NCBI GenBank assembly: GCA_964016885.1
Contig: OZ024742.1
Span: 289,602,001-289,666,000 of the forward strand
DNA: 64,000 nucleotides
DNA from: Eledone cirrhosa
Lineage: Eukaryota
Direction: 5' to 3'
Shown: positions 33,201 through 48,200 of the stretch, piece by piece
Position numbering within the stretch: the first letter of the stretch is position 1
How the letters are laid out: each line of letters begins with the position of its first letter
The notes under the pieces: model-generated
Databases searched by the model: none
The model's input: only the letters and a program-made list of their open reading frames with translations
What the model was told of the DNA's origin: nothing
Translations under genes and position numbers: made by a program

Positions 33201-36200
33201 CAGTGAGACAGTGGGAGTGATTGTAGAGGATGTTATGTGGCAGTGAGACAGTGGGAGTGATTGTAGAGGATGTTATGTGGCAGTGAGACAGTGGCAGTTA
33301 TTGTAGAGGAGGTTATGTGGTAGTGAGACAGTGGCAGTGATTGTAGAGGATGTTATGTGGTAGTGAGACAGTGGCAGTGATTGTAGAGGATGTTATGTGG
33401 TAGTGAGACAGTGGCAGTGATTGTAGAGCATGTTATGTGGTAGTGAGACAGTGGCAGTGATTGTAGAGGATGTTATGTGGCAGTGAGACAGTGGCAGTGA
33501 TTGTAGAGGATGTTATGTGGCAGTGAGACAGTGGCAGTGATTGTAGAGGATGTTATGTGGCAGTGATTGTAGAGGATGTTATGTGGTAGTGAAACAGTGG
33601 CAGTGATTGTAGAGGATGTTATGTGGCAGTGAGACAGTGGCAGTGATTGTAGAGGATGTTATGTGGCAGTGAGACAGTGGCAGTGATTGTAGAGGATGTT
33701 ATGTGGTAGTGAAACAGTGGCAGTGATTGTAGAGGATGTTATGTGGCAGTGAGACAGTGGCAGTGATTGTAGAGGATGTTATGTGGTAGTAAGACAGTGG
33801 CAGTGATTGTAGAGGATGTTATGTGGCAGTGAGACAGTGGCAGTGATTGTAGAGGATGTTATGTGGTAGTGAGACAGTGGCAGTGATTGTAAAGGATGTT
33901 ATGTGGTAGTGAGACAGTGGCAGTGATTGTAGAGAATTTTATGTGGCACTGAGACAGTGGCAGTGATTGTAGAGGATGTTATGTGGCAGTGAGACAGTGG
34001 CAGTGATTGTAGAGGATGTTATGTGGCAGTGAGACAGTGGCAGTGATTGTAGAGGATGTTATGTGGCAGTGAGACAGTGGCAGTGATTGTAGAGGATGTT
34101 ATGTGGTAGTGAGACAGTGGCAGTGATTGTAGAGGATGTTATGTGGCAGCGAGACAGTGGCAGTGATTGTAGAGGATGTTATGTGGCAGTGAGACAGTGG
34201 CAGTGATTGTAGAGGATTTTATGTGGCAGTGAGACAGTGGCAGTGATTGTAGAGGATGTTATGTGGTAGTGAGACAGTGGCAGTGATTGTAGAGGATGTT
34301 ATGTGGCAGTGAGACAGTGGCAGTGATTGTAGAGGATGTTATGTGGCAGTGAGACAGTGGGAATGATTGTAGAGGATGTTATGTGGCAGTGAGACAGTGG
34401 GAGTGATTGTAGAGGATGTTATGTGGCAGTGAGACAGTGGCAGTTATTGTAGAGGAGGTTATGTGGTAGTGAGACAGTGGCAGTGATTGTAGAGGATGTT
34501 ATGTGGCAGTGAGACAGTGGCAGTGATTGTAGAGGATGTTATGTGGCAGTGAGACAGTGGCAGTGATTGTAGAGGATGTTATGTGGTAGTGAGACAGTGG
34601 CAGTGATTGTAGAGGATGTTATGTGGTAGTGAGACAGTGGCAGTGATTGTAGAGCATGTTATGTGGTAGTGAGTCAGTGGCAGTGATTGTAGAGGATGTT
34701 ATGTGGTAGTGAGACAGTGGCAGTGATTGTAGAGGATGTTATGTGGTAGTGAGACAGTGGCAGTGATTGTAGAGGATGTTATGTGGCAGTGAGACAGTGG
34801 CAGTGATTGTAGAGGATGTTATGTGGTAGTGAGACAGTGGCAGTGATTGTAGAGGATGTTATGTGGTAGTGAGACAGTGGCAGTGATTGTAGAGGATGTT
34901 ATGTGGCAGTGAGACAGTGGCAGTGATTGTAGAGGATGTTATGTGGTAGTGAGACAGTGGCAGTGATTGTAGAGGATGTTATGTGGTAGTGAGACAGTGG
35001 CAGTGATAGTAGAGGATGTTATATGGCAGTGAGACAGTGGCAGTGATTGTAGAGGATGTTATGTGGCAGTGAGACAGTGGCAGTGATTGTAGAGGATGTT
35101 ATGTGGTAGTGAGACAGTGGCAGTGATTGTAGAGGATGTTATGTGGCAGTGAGACAGTGGCAGTGATTGTAGAGGATTTTATGTGGTAGTGAGACAGTGG
35201 CAGTGATTGTAGAGGATGTTATGTGGCAGTGAGACAGTGGCAGTGATTGTAGAGGATGTTATGTGGTAGTGAGACAGTGGCAGTGATTGTAGAGGATGTT
35301 ATGTGGTAGTGAGACAGTGGCAGTGATTGTAAAGGATGTTATGTGGTAGTGAGACAGTGGCAGTGATTGTAGAGAATTTTATGTGGCACTGAGACAGTGG
35401 CAGTGATTGTAGAGGATGTTATGTGGCAGTGAGACAGTGGCAGTGATTGTAGAGGATGTTATGTGGTAGTGAGACAGTGGCAGTGATTGTAGAGGATGTT
35501 ATGTGGCAGTGAGACAGTGGCAGTGATTGTAGAGGATGTTATGTGGCAGTGAGACAGTGGCAGTGATTGTAGAGGATGTTATGTGGTAGTGAGACAGTGG
35601 CAGTGATTGTAGAGGATGTTATGTGGCAGCGAGACAGTGGCAGTGATTGTAGAGGATGTTATGTGGCAGTGAGACAGTGGCAGTGATTGTAGAGGATTTT
35701 ATGTGGCAGTGAGACAGTGGCAGTGATTGTAGAGGATGTTATGTGGTAGTGAGACAGTGGCAGTGATTGTAGAGGATGTTATGTGGCAGTGAGACAGTGG
35801 CAGTGATTGTAGAGGATGTTATGTGGCAGTGAGACAGTGGGAGTGATTGTAGAGGATGTTATGTGGCAGTGAGACAGTGGGAGTGATTGTAGAGGATGTT
35901 ATGTGGCAGTGAGACAGTGGCAGTTATTGTAGAGGAGGTTATGTGGTAGTGAGACAGTGGCAGTGATTGTAGAGGATGTTATGTGGTAGTGAGACAGTGG
36001 CAGTGATTGTAGAGGATGTTATGTGGTAGTGAGACAGTGGCAGTGATTGTAGAGCATGTTATGTGGTAGTGAGACAGTGGCAGTGATTGTAGAGGATGTT
36101 ATGTGGCAGTGAGACAGTGGCAGTGATTGTAGAGGATGTTATGTGGCAGTGAGACAGTGGCAGTGATTGTAGAGGATGTTATGTGGCAGTGATTGTAGAG

Positions 36201-39200
36201 GATGTTATGTGGTAGTGAAACAGTGGCAGTGATTGTAGAGGATGTTATGTGGCAGTGAGACAGTGGCAGTGATTGTAGAGGATGTTATGTGGCAGTGAGA
36301 CAGTGGCAGTGATTGTAGAGGATGTTATGTGGTAGTGAAACAGTGGCAGTGATTGTAGAGGATGTTATGTGGCAGTGAGACAGTGGCAGTGATTGTAGAG
36401 GATGTTATGTGGTAGTAAGACAGTGGCAGTGATTGTAGAGGATGTTATGTGGCAGTGAGACAGTGGCAGTGATTGTAGAGGATGTTATGTGGTAGTGAGA
36501 CAGTGTCAGTGATTGTAAAGGATGTTATGTGGTAGTGAGACAGTGGCAGTGATTGTAGAGAATTTTATGTGGCACTGAGACAGTGGCAGTGATTGTAGAG
36601 GATGTTATGTGGCAGTGAGACAGTGGCAGTGATTGTAGAGGATGTTATGTGGCAGTGAGACAGTGGCAGTGATTGTAGAGGATGTTATGTGGTAGTGAGA
36701 CAGTGGCAGTGATTGTAGAGGATGTTATGTGGCAGTGAGACAGTGGCAGTGATTGTAGAGGATGTTATGTGGCAGCGAGACAGTGGCAGTGATTGTAGAG
36801 GATGTTATGTGGTAGTGAGACAGTGGCAGTGATTGTAGAGGATGTTATGTGGCAGTGAGACAGTGGCAGTGATTGTAGAGGATGTTATGTGGTAGTGAGA
36901 CAGTGGCAGTGATTGTAGAGGATGTTATGTGGCAGTGAGACAGTGGCAGTGATTGTAGAGGATGTTATGTGGCAGTGAGACAGTGGGAATGATTGTAGAG
37001 GATGTTATGTGGCAGTGAGACAGTGGGAGTGATTGTAGAGGATGTTATGTGGCAGTGAGACAGTGGCAGTTATTGTAGAGGAGGTTATGTGGTAGTGAGA
37101 CAGTGGCAGTGATTGTAGAGGATGTTATGTGGCAGTGAGACAGTGGCAGTGATTGTAGAGGATGTTATGTGGTAGTGAGACAGTGGCAGTGATTGTAGAG
37201 CATGTTATGTGGTAGTGAGACAGTGGCAGTGATTGTAGAGGATGTTATGTGGCAGTGAGACAGTGGCAGTGATTGTAGAGGATGTTATGTGGCAGTGAGA
37301 CAGTGGCAGTGATTGTAGAGGATGTTATGTGGCAGTGATTGTAGAGGATGTTATGTGGTAGTGAAACAGTGGCAGTGATTGTAGAGGATGTTATGTGGCA
37401 GTGAGACAGTGGCAGTGATTGTAGAGGATGTTATGTGGCAGTGAGACAGTGGCAGTGATTGTAGAGGATGTTATGTGGTAGTGAAACAGTGGCAGTGATT
37501 GTAGAGGATGTTATGTGGCAGTGAGACAGTGGCAGTGATTGTAGAGGATGTTATGTGGTAGTAAGACAGTGGCAGTGATTGTAGAGGATGTTATGTGGCA
37601 GTGAGACAGTGGCAGTGATTGTAGAGGATGTTATGTGGTAGTGAGACAGTGGCAGTGATTGTAAAGGATGTTATGTGGTAGTGAGACAGTGGCAGTGATT
37701 GTAGAGAATTTTATGTGGCACTGAGACAGTGGCAGTGATTGTAGAGGATGTTATGTGGTAGTGAGACAGTGGCAGTGATTGTAGAGGATGTTATGTGGCA
37801 GTGAGACAGTGGCAGTGATTGTTGAGGATGTTATGTGGTAGTGAGACAGTGGCAGTGGTTGTAGAGGATGTTATGTGGTAGTGAGACAGTGGCAGTGATT
37901 GTAGAGGATGTTATGTGGCAGTGAGACAGTGGCAGTGATTGTAGAGGATGTTATGTGGTAGTGAGACAGTGGCAGTGATTGTAGAGGATGTTATGTGGCA
38001 GTGAGACAGTGGCAGTGATTGTAGAGGATGTTATGTGGCAGTGAGACAGTGGCAGTGATTGTAGAGGATGTTATGTGGTAGTGAGACAGTGGCAGTGATT
38101 GTAGAGGATGTTATGTGGCAGTGAGACAGTGGCAGTGATTGTAGAGGATTTTATGTGGTAGTGAGACAGTGGCAGTGATTGTAGAGGATGTTATGTGGCA
38201 GTGAGACAGTGGCAGTGATTGTAGAGGATGTTATGTGGTAGTGAGACAGTGGCAGTGATTGTAGAGGATGTTATGTGGTAGTGAGACAGTGGCAGTGATT
38301 GTAGAGGATGTTATGTGGTAGTGAGACAGTGGCAGTGATTGTAGAGCATGTTATGTGGTAGTGAGTCAGTGGCAGTGATTGTAGAGGATGTTATGTGGTA
38401 GTGAGACAGTGGCAGTGATTGTAGAGCATGTTATGTGGTAGTGAGACAGTGGCAGTGATTGTAGAGGATGTTATGTGGCAGTGAGACAGTGGCAGTGATT
38501 GTAGAGGATGTTATGTGGTAGTGAGACAGTGGCAGTGATTGTAGAGGATGTTATGTGGTAGTGAGACAGTGGCAGTGATAGTAGAGGATGTTATATGGCA
38601 GTGAGACAGTGGCAGTGATTGTAGAGGATGTTATGTGGCAGTGAGACAGTGGCAGTGATTGTAGAGGATGTTATGTGGTAGTGAGACAGTGGCAGTGATT
38701 GTAGAGGATGTTATGTGGCAGTGAGACAGTGGCAGTGATTGTAGAGGATTTTATGTGGTAGTGAGACAGTGGCAGTGATTGTAGAGGATGTTATGTGGCA
38801 GTGAGACAGTGGCAGTGATTGTAGAGGATGTTATGTGGTAGTGAGACAGTGGCAGTGATTGTAGAGGATGTTATGTGGTAGTGAGACAGTGGCAGTGATT
38901 GTAGAGGATGTTATGTGGTAGTGAGACAGTGGCAGTGATTGTAGAGCATGTTATGTGGTAGTGAGTCAGTGGCAGTGATTGTAGAGGATGTTATGTGGTA
39001 GTGAGACAGTGCAGTGATTGTAGAGCATGTTATGTGGTAGTGAGACAGTGGCAGTGATTGTAGAGGATGTTATGTGGCAGTGAGACAGTGGCAGTGATTG
39101 TAGAGGATGTTATGTGGTAGTGAGACAGTGGCAGTGATTGTAAAGGATGTTATGTGGTAGGGACAGTGGCAGTGATTGTAGAGCATGTTATGTGGTAGTG

Positions 39201-42200
39201 AGACAGTGGCAGTGATTGTAGAGGATGTTATGTGGCAGTGAGACAGTGGCAGTGATTGTAGAGGATGTTATGTGGCAGTGAGACAGTGGCAGTGATTGTA
39301 GAGGATGTTATGTGGTAGTAAGACAGTGGCAGTGATTGTAGAGGATGTTATGTGGCAGTGAGACAGTGCAGTGATTGTAGAGGATGTTATGTGGTAGTGA
39401 GACAGTGGCAGTGATTGTAGAGGATGTTATGTGGTAGTGAGACAGTGGCAGTGATTGTAGAGGATGTTATGTGGCAGTGAGACAGTGGCAGTGATTGTAG
39501 AGGATGTTATGTGGCAGTGAGACAGTGGCAGTGATTGTAGAGGATGTTATGTGGCAGTGAGACAGTGGTAGTGATTGTAGAGGATGTTATGTGGCAGTGA
39601 GACAGAGGCAGTGATTGTAGAGGATGTTATGTGGTAGTGAGACAGTGGCAGTGATTGTAGAGGATGTTATGTGGTAGTGAGACAGTGGCAGTGATTGTAG
39701 AGGATGTTATGTGGCAGTGAGACAGTGGCAGTGATTGTAGAGGATGTTATGTGGTAGTGAGACAGTGGCAGTGATTGTAGAGGATGTTATGTGGCAGTGA
39801 GACAGTGGCAGTAAATGTAGAGGATGTTATGTGGCAGTGAGACAGTGGCAGTGATTGTAGAGGATGTTATGTGGCAGTGAGACAGTGACAGTGATTGTAG
39901 AGGATGTTATGTGGTAGTGAGACAGTGGCAGTGATTGTAGAGGATGTTATGTGGCAGTGAGACAGTGACAGTGATTGTAGAGGATGTTATGTGGTAGTGA
40001 GACAGTGGCAGTAATTGTAGAGGATGTTATGTGGTAGTGAGACAGTGGCAGTGATTGTAGAGGATGTTATGTGGCAGTGAGACAGTGGCAGTGATTGTAG
40101 AGGATGTTATGTGGTAGTGAGACAGTGGCAGTGATTGTAGAGGATGTTATGTGGCAGTGAGACAGTGGCAGTGATTGTAGAGGATGTTATGTGGTAGTGA
40201 GATAGTGGCAGTGATTGTAGAGGATGTTATGTGGCAGTGAGACAGTGGCAGTAAATGTAGAGGATGTTATGTGGTAGTGAGACAGTGCAGTGATTGTAGA
40301 GGATGTTATGTGGCAGTGAGACAGTGACAGTGATTGTAGAGGATGTTATGTGGTAGTGAGACAGTGGCAGTGATTGTAGAGGATGTTATGTGGCAGTGAG
40401 ACAGTGGCAGTGATTGTAGAGGATGTTATGTGGCAGTGAGACAGTGGCAGTGATTGTAGAGGATGTTATGTGGCAGTGAGACAGTGGCAGTGATTGTAGA
40501 GGATGTTATGTGGCAGTGATTGTAGAGGATGTTATGTGGTAGTGAAACAGTGGCAGTGATTGTAGAGGATGTTATGTGGCAGTGAGACAGTGGCAGTGAT
40601 TGTAGAGGATGTTATGTGGCAGTGAGACAGTGGCAGTGATTGTAGAGGATGTTATGTGGTAGTGAAACAGTGGCAGTGATTGTAGAGGATGTTATGTGGC
40701 AGTGAGACAGTGGCAGTGATTGTAGAGGATGTTATGTGGTAGTAAGACAGTGGCAGTGATTGTAGAGGATGTTATGTGGCAGTGAGACAGTGGCAGTGAT
40801 TGTAGAGGATGTTATGTGGTAGTGAGACAGTGGCAGTGATTGTAAAGGATGTTCTGTGGTAGTGAGACAGTGGCAGTGATTGTAGAGAATTTTATGTGGC
40901 ACTGAGACAGTGGCAGTGATTGTAGAGGATGTTATGTGGTAGTGAGACAGTGGCAGTGATTGTAGAGGATGTTATGTGGCAGTGAGACAGTGGCAGTGAT
41001 TGTTGAGGATGTTATGTGGTAGTGAGACAGTGGCAGTGGTTGTAGAGGATGTTATGTGGTAGTGAGACAGTGGCAGTGATTGTAGAGGATGTTATGTGGC
41101 AGTGAGACAGTGGCAGTGATTGTAGAGGATGTTATGTGGTAGTGAGACAGTGGCAGTGATTGTAGAGGATGTTATGTGGTAGTGAGACAGTGGCAGTGAT
41201 TGTAGAGGATGTTATGTGGCAGTGAGACAGTGGCAGTGATTGTAGAGATGTTATGTGGCAGTGAGACAGTGGCAGTGATTGTAGAGGATGGTATGTGGTA
41301 GTGAGACAGTGGCAGTGATTGTAGAGGATGTTATGTGGCAGTGAGACAGTGCAGTGATTGTAGAGGATTTTATGTGGTAGTGAGACAGTGGCAGTGATTG
41401 TAGAGGATGTTATGTGGCAGTGAGACAGTGGCAGTGATTGTAGAGGATGTTATGTGGTAGTGAGACAGTGGCAGTGATTGTAGAGGATGTTATGTGGTAG
41501 TGAGACAGTGGCAGTGATTGTAGAGGATGTTATGTGGTAGTGAGACAGTGGCAGTGATTGTAGAGCAATGTTATGTGGTAGTGAGTCAGTGGCAGTGATT
41601 GTAGAGGATGTTATGTGTAGTGAGACAGTGCAGTGATTGTAGAGCATGTTATGTGGTAGTGAGACAGTGGCAGTGATTGTAGAGGATGTTATGTGGCAGT
41701 GAGACAGTGGCAGTGATTGTAGAGGATGTTATGTGGTAGTGAGACAGTGGCAGTGATTGTAAAGGATGTTATGTGGTAGTGAGACAGTGGCAGTGATTGT
41801 AGAGCATGTTATGTGGTAGTGAGACAGTGGCAGTGATTGTAGAGGATGTTATGTGGCAGTGAGACAGTGGCAGTGATTGTAGAGGATGTTATGTGGCAGT
41901 GAGACAGTGGCAGTGATTGTAGAGGATGTTATGTGGTAGTAAGACAGTGGCAGTGATTGTAGAGGATGTTATGTGGCAGTGAGACAGTGGCAGTGATTGT
42001 AGAGGATGTTATGTGGTAGTGAGACAGTGGCAGTGATTGTAGAGGATGTTATGTGGTAGTGAGACAGTGGCAGTGATTGTAGAGGATGTTATGTGGCAGT
42101 GAGACAGTGGCAGTGATTGTAGAGGATGTTATGTGGCAGTGAGACAGTGGCAGTGATTGTAGAGGATGTTATGTGGCAGTGAGACAGTGGTAGTGATTGT

Positions 42201-45200
42201 AGAGGATGTTATGTGGCAGTGAGACAGAGGCAGTGATTGTAGAGGATGTTATGTGGTAGTGAGACAGTGGCAGTGATTGTAGAGGATGTTATGTGGTAGT
42301 GAGACAGTGGCAGTGATTGTAGAGGATGTTATGTGGCAGTGAGACAGTGGCAGTGATTGTAGAGGATGTTATGTGGTAGTGAGACAGTGGCAGTGATTGT
42401 AGAGGATGTTATGTGGCAGTGAGACAGTGGCAGTAAATGTAGAGGATGTTATGTGGCAGTGAGACAGTGGCAGTGATTGTAGAGGATGTTATGTGGCAGT
42501 GAGACAGTGACAGTGATTGTAGAGGATGTTATGTGGTAGTGAGACAGTGGCAGTGATTGTAGAGGATGTTATGTGGCAGTGAGACAGTGACAGTGATTGT
42601 AGAGGATGTTATGTGGTAGTGAGACAGTGGCAGTAATTGTAGAGGATGTTATGTGGTAGTGAGACAGTGGCAGTGATTGTAGAGGATGTTATGTGGCAGT
42701 GAGACAGTGGCAGTGATTGTAGAGGATGTTATGTGGTAGTGAGACAGTGGCAGTGATTGTAGAGGATGTTATGTGGCAGTGAGACAGTGGCAGTGATTGT
42801 AGAGGATGTTATGTGGTAGTGAGATAGTGGCAGTGATTGTAGAGGATGTTATGTGGCAGTGAGACAGTGGCAGTAAATGTAGAGGATGTTATGTGGTAGT
42901 GAGACAGTGGCAGTGATTGTAGAGGATGTTATGTGGCAGTGAGACAGTGACAGTGATTGTAGAGGATGTTATGTGGTAGTGAGACAGTGGCAGTGATTGT
43001 AGAGGATGTTATGTGGCAGTGAGACAGTGGCAGTGATTGTAGAGGATGTTATGTGGTAGTGAGACAGTGGCAGTGATTGTAGAGGATGTTATGTGGCAGT
43101 GAGACAGTGGCAGTAAATGTAGAGGATGTTATGTGGCAGTGAGACAGTGGCAGTGATTGTAGAGGATGTTATGTGGCAGTGAGACAGTGACAGTGATTGT
43201 AGAGGATGTTATGTGGTAGTGAGACAGTGGCAGTGATTGTAGAGGATGTTATGTGGCAGTGAGACAGTGACAGTGATTGTAGAGGATGTTATGTGGTAGT
43301 GAGACAGTGGCAGTAATTGTAGAGGATGTTATGTGGTAGTGAGACAGTGGCAGTGATTGTAGAGGATGTTATGTGGCAGTGAGACAGTGGCAGTGATTGT
43401 AGAGGATGTTATGTGGTAGTGAGACAGTGGCAGTGATTGTAGAGGATGTTATGTGGCAGTGAGACAGTGGCAGTGATTGTAGAGGATGTTATGTGGTAGT
43501 GAGATAGTGGCAGTGATTGTAGAGGATGTTATGTGGCAGTGAGACAGTGGCAGTAAATGTAGAGGATGTTATGTGGTAGTGAGACAGTGGCAGTGATTGT
43601 AGAGGATGTTACGTGGCAGTGAGACAGTGACAGTGATTGTAGAGGATGTTATGTGGTAGTGAGACAGTGGCAGTGATTGTAGAGGATGTTATGTGGCAGT
43701 GAGACAGTGGCAGTGATTGTAGAGGATGTTATGTGGTAGTGAGACAGTGGCAGTGATTGTAGAGGATGTTATGTGGCAGTGAGACAGTGGCAGTGATTGT
43801 AGAGGATGTTATGTGGCAGTGAGACAGTGGCAGTGATTGTAGAGGATGTTATGTGGCAGTGAGACAGTGGCAGTGATTGTAGAGGATGTTATGTGGTAGT
43901 GAGACAGTGGCAGTGATTGTAGAGGATGTTATGTGGCAGTGAGACAGTGGCAGTGATTGTAGAGGATGTTATGTGGCAGTGAGACAGTGGGAGTGATTGT
44001 AGAGGATGTTATGTGGCAGTGAGACAGTGGGAGTGATTGTAGAGGATGTTATGTGGCAGTGAGACAGTGGCAGTTATTGTAGAGGAGGTTATGTGGTAGT
44101 GAGACAGTGGCAGTGATTGTAGAGGATGTTATGTGGTAGTGAGACAGTGGCAGTGATTGTAGAGGATGTTATGTGGTAGTGAGACAGTGGCAGTGATTGT
44201 AGAGCATGTTATGTGGTAGTGAGACAGTGGCAGTGATTGTAGAGGATGTTATGTGGCAGTGAGACAGTGGCAGTGATTGTAGAGGATGTTATGTGGCAGT
44301 GAGACAGTGGCAGTGATTGTAGAGGATGTTATGTGGTAGTGAGACAGTGGCAGTGATTGTAAAGGATGTTATGTGGTAGTGAGACAGTGGCAGTGATTGT
44401 AGAGAATTTTATGTGGCACTGAGACAGTGGCAGTGATTGTAGAGGATGTTATGTGGTAGTGAGACAGTGGCAGTGATTGTAGAGGATGTTATGTGGCAGT
44501 GAGACAGTGGCAGTGATTGTTGAGGATGTTATGTGGTAGTGAGACAGTGGCAGTGGTTGTAGAGGATGTTATGTGGTAGTGAGACAGTGGCAGTGATTGT
44601 AGAGGATGTTATGTGGCAGTGAGACAGTGGCAGTGATTGTAGAGGATGTTATGTGGTAGTGAGACAGTGGCAGTGATTGTAGAGGATGTTATGTGGTAGT
44701 GAGACAGTGCAGTGATTGTAGAGGATGTTATGTGGCAGTGAGACAGTGGCAGTGATTGTAGAGGATGTTATGTGGCAGTGAGACAGTGGCAGTGATTGTA
44801 GAGGATGTTATGTGGTAGTGAGACAGTGGCAGTGATTGTAGAGGATGTTATGTGGCAGTGAGACAGTGGCAGTGATTGTAGAGGATTTTATGTGGTAGTG
44901 AGACAGTGGCAGTGATTGTAGAGGATGTTATGTGGCAGTGAGACAGTGGCAGTGATTGTAGAGGATGTTATGTGGTAGTGAGACAGTGGCAGTGATTGTA
45001 GAGGATGTTATGTGGTAGTGAGACAGTGGCAGTGATTGTAGAGGATGTTATGTGGTAGTGAGACAGTGGCAGTGATTGTAGAGCATGTTATGTGGTAGTG
45101 AGTCAGTGGCAGTGATTGTAGAGGATGTTATGTGGTAGTGAGACAGTGGCAGTGATTGTAGAGCATATTATGTGGTAGTGAGACAGTGGCAGTGATTGTA

Positions 45201-48200
45201 GAGGATGTTATGTGGCAGTGAGACAGTGGCAGTGATTGTAGAGGATGTTATGTGGTAGTGAGACAGTGGCAGTGATTGTAAAGGATGTTATGTGGTAGTG
45301 AGACAGTGGCAGTGATTGTAGAGCATGTTATGTGGTAGTGAGACAGTGGCAGTGATTGTAGAGGATGTTATGTGGCAGTGAGACAGTGGCAGTGATTGTA
45401 GAGGATGTTATGTGGCAGTGAGACAGTGGCAGTGATTGTAGAGGATGTTATGTGGTAGTAAGACAGTGGCAGTGATTGTAGAGGATGTTATGTGGCAGTG
45501 AGACAGTGGCAGTGATTGTAGAGGATGTTATGTGGTAGTGAGACAGTGGCAGTGATTGTAGAGGATGTTATGTGGTAGTGAGACAGTGGCAGTGATTGTA
45601 GAGGATGTTATGTGGCAGTGAGACAGTGGCAGTGATTGTAGAGGATGTTATGTGGCAGTGAGACAGTGGCAGTGATTGTAGAGGATGTTATGTGGCAGTG
45701 AGACAGTGGTAGTGATTGTAGAGGATGTTATGTGGCAGTGAGACAGAGGCAGTGATTGTAGAGGATGTTATGTGGTAGTGAGACAGTGGCAGTGATTGTA
45801 GAGGATGTTATGTGGTAGTGAGACAGTGGCAGTGATTGTAGAGGATGTTATGTGGTAGTGAGACAGTGGCAGTGATTGTAGAGGATGTTATGTGGCAGTG
45901 AGACAGTGGCAGTGATTGTAGAGGATGTTATGTGGTAGTGAGACAGTGGCAGTGATTGTAGAGGATGTTATGTGGCAGTGAGACAGTGGCAGTAAATGTA
46001 GAGGATGTTATGTGGCAGTGAGACAGTGGCAGTGATTGTAGAGGATGTTATGTGGCAGTGAGGACAGTGACAGTGATTGTAGAGGATGTTATGTGGTAGT
46101 GAGACAGTGGCAGTGATTGTAGAGGATGTTATGTGGCAGTGAGACAGTGACAGTGATTGTAGAGGATGTTATGTGGTAGTGAGACAGTGGCAGTAATTGT
46201 AGAGGATGTTATGTGGTAGTGAGACAGTGGCAGTGATTGTAGAGGATGTTATGTGGCAGTGAGACAGTGGCAGTGATTGTAGAGGATGTTATGTGGTAGT
46301 GAGACAGTGGCAGTGATTGTAGAGGATGTTATGTGGCAGTGAGACAGTGGCAGTGATTGTAGAGGATGTTATGTGGTAGTGAGATAGTGGCAGTGATTGT
46401 AGAGGATGTTATGTGGCAGTGAGACAGTGGCAGTAAATGTAGAGGATGTTATGTGGTAGTGAGACAGTGGCAGTGATTGTAGAGGATGTTATGTGGCAGT
46501 GAGACAGTGACAGTGATTGTAGAGGATGTTATGTGGTAGTGAGACAGTGGCAGTGATTGTAGAGGATGTTATGTGGCAGTGAGACAGTGGCAGTGATTGT
46601 AGAGGATGTTATGTGGTAGTGAGACAGTGGCAGTGATTGTAGAGGATGTTATGTGGCAGTGAGACAGTGGCAGTAAATGTAGAGGATGTTATGTGGCAGT
46701 GAGACAAGTGGCAGTGATTGTAGAGGATGTTATGTGGCAGTGAGACAGTGACAGTGATTGTAGAGGATGTTATGTGGTAGTGAGACAGTGGCAGTGATTG
46801 TAGAGGATGTTATGTGGCAGTGAGACAGTGACAGTGATTGTAGAGGATGTTATGTGGTAGTGAGACAGTGGCAGTAATTGTAGAGGATGTTATGTGGTAG
46901 TGAGACAGTGGCAGTGATTGTAGAGGATGTTATGTGGCAGTGAGACAGTGGCAGTGATTGTAGAGGATGTTATGTGGTAGTGAGACAGTGGCAGTGATTG
47001 TAGAGGATGTTATGTGGCAGTGAGACAGTGGCAGTGATTGTAGAGGATGTTATGTGGTAGTGAGATAGTGGCAGTGATTGTAGAGGATGTTATGTGGCAG
47101 TGAGACAGTGGCAGTAAATGTAGAGGATGTTATGTGGTAGTGAGACAGTGGCAGTGATTGTAGAGGATGTTACGTGGCAGTGAGACAGTGACAGTGATTG
47201 TAGAGGATGTTATGTGGTAGTGAGACAGTGGCAGTGATTGTAGAGGATGTTATGTGGCAGTGAGACAGTGGCAGTGATTGTAGAGGATGTTATGTGGTAG
47301 TGAGACAGTGGCAGTGATTGTAGAGGATGTTATGTGGCAGTGAGACAGTGGCAGTGATTGTAGAGGATGTTATGTGGCAGTGAGACAGTGGCAGTGATTG
47401 TAGAGGATGTTATGTGGCAGTGAGACAGTGGCAGTGATTGTAGAGGATGTTATGTGGTAGTGAGACAGTGGCAGTGATTGTAGAGGATGTTATGTGGCAG
47501 CGAGACAGTGGCAGTGATTGTAGAGGATGTTATGTGGCAGTGAGACAGTGGCAGTGATTGTAGAGGATTTTATGTGGCAGTGAGACAGTGGCAGTGATTG
47601 TAGAGGATGTTATGTGGTAGTGAGACAGTGGCAGTGATTGTAGAGGATGTTATGTGGCAGTGAGACAGTGGCAGTGATTGTAGAGGATGTTATGTGGCAG
47701 TGAGACAGTGGGAGTGATTGTAGAGGATGTTATGTGGCAGTGAGACAGTGGAGTGATTGTAGAGGATGTTATGTGGCAGTGAGACAGTGGCAGTTATTGT
47801 AGAGGAGGTTATGTGGTAGTGAGACAGTGGCAGTGATTGTAGAGGATGTTATGTGGTAGTGAGACAGTGGCAGTGATTGTAGAGGATGTTATGTGGTAGT
47901 GAGACAGTGGCAGTGATTGTAGAGCATGTTATGTGGTAGTGAGACAGTGGCAGTGATTGTAGAGGATGTTATGTGGCAGTGAGACAGTGGCAGTGATTGT
48001 AGAGGATGTTATGTGGCAGTGAGACAGTGGCAGTGATTGTAGAGGATGTATGTGGCAGTGATTGTAGAGGATGTTATGTGGTAGTGAAACAGTGGCAGTG
48101 ATTGTAGAGGATGTTATGTGGCAGTGAGACAGTGGCAGTGATTGTAGAGGATGTTATGTGGCAGTGAGACAGTGGCAGTGATTGTAGAGGATGTTATGTG

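Noticed and set aside
41450-41647. 65-aa minus-strand ORF in the satellite
   Set aside because: Translation of the repeat. It exceeds the usual 120-bp stop spacing only because of local 1-bp indels that are likely errors.
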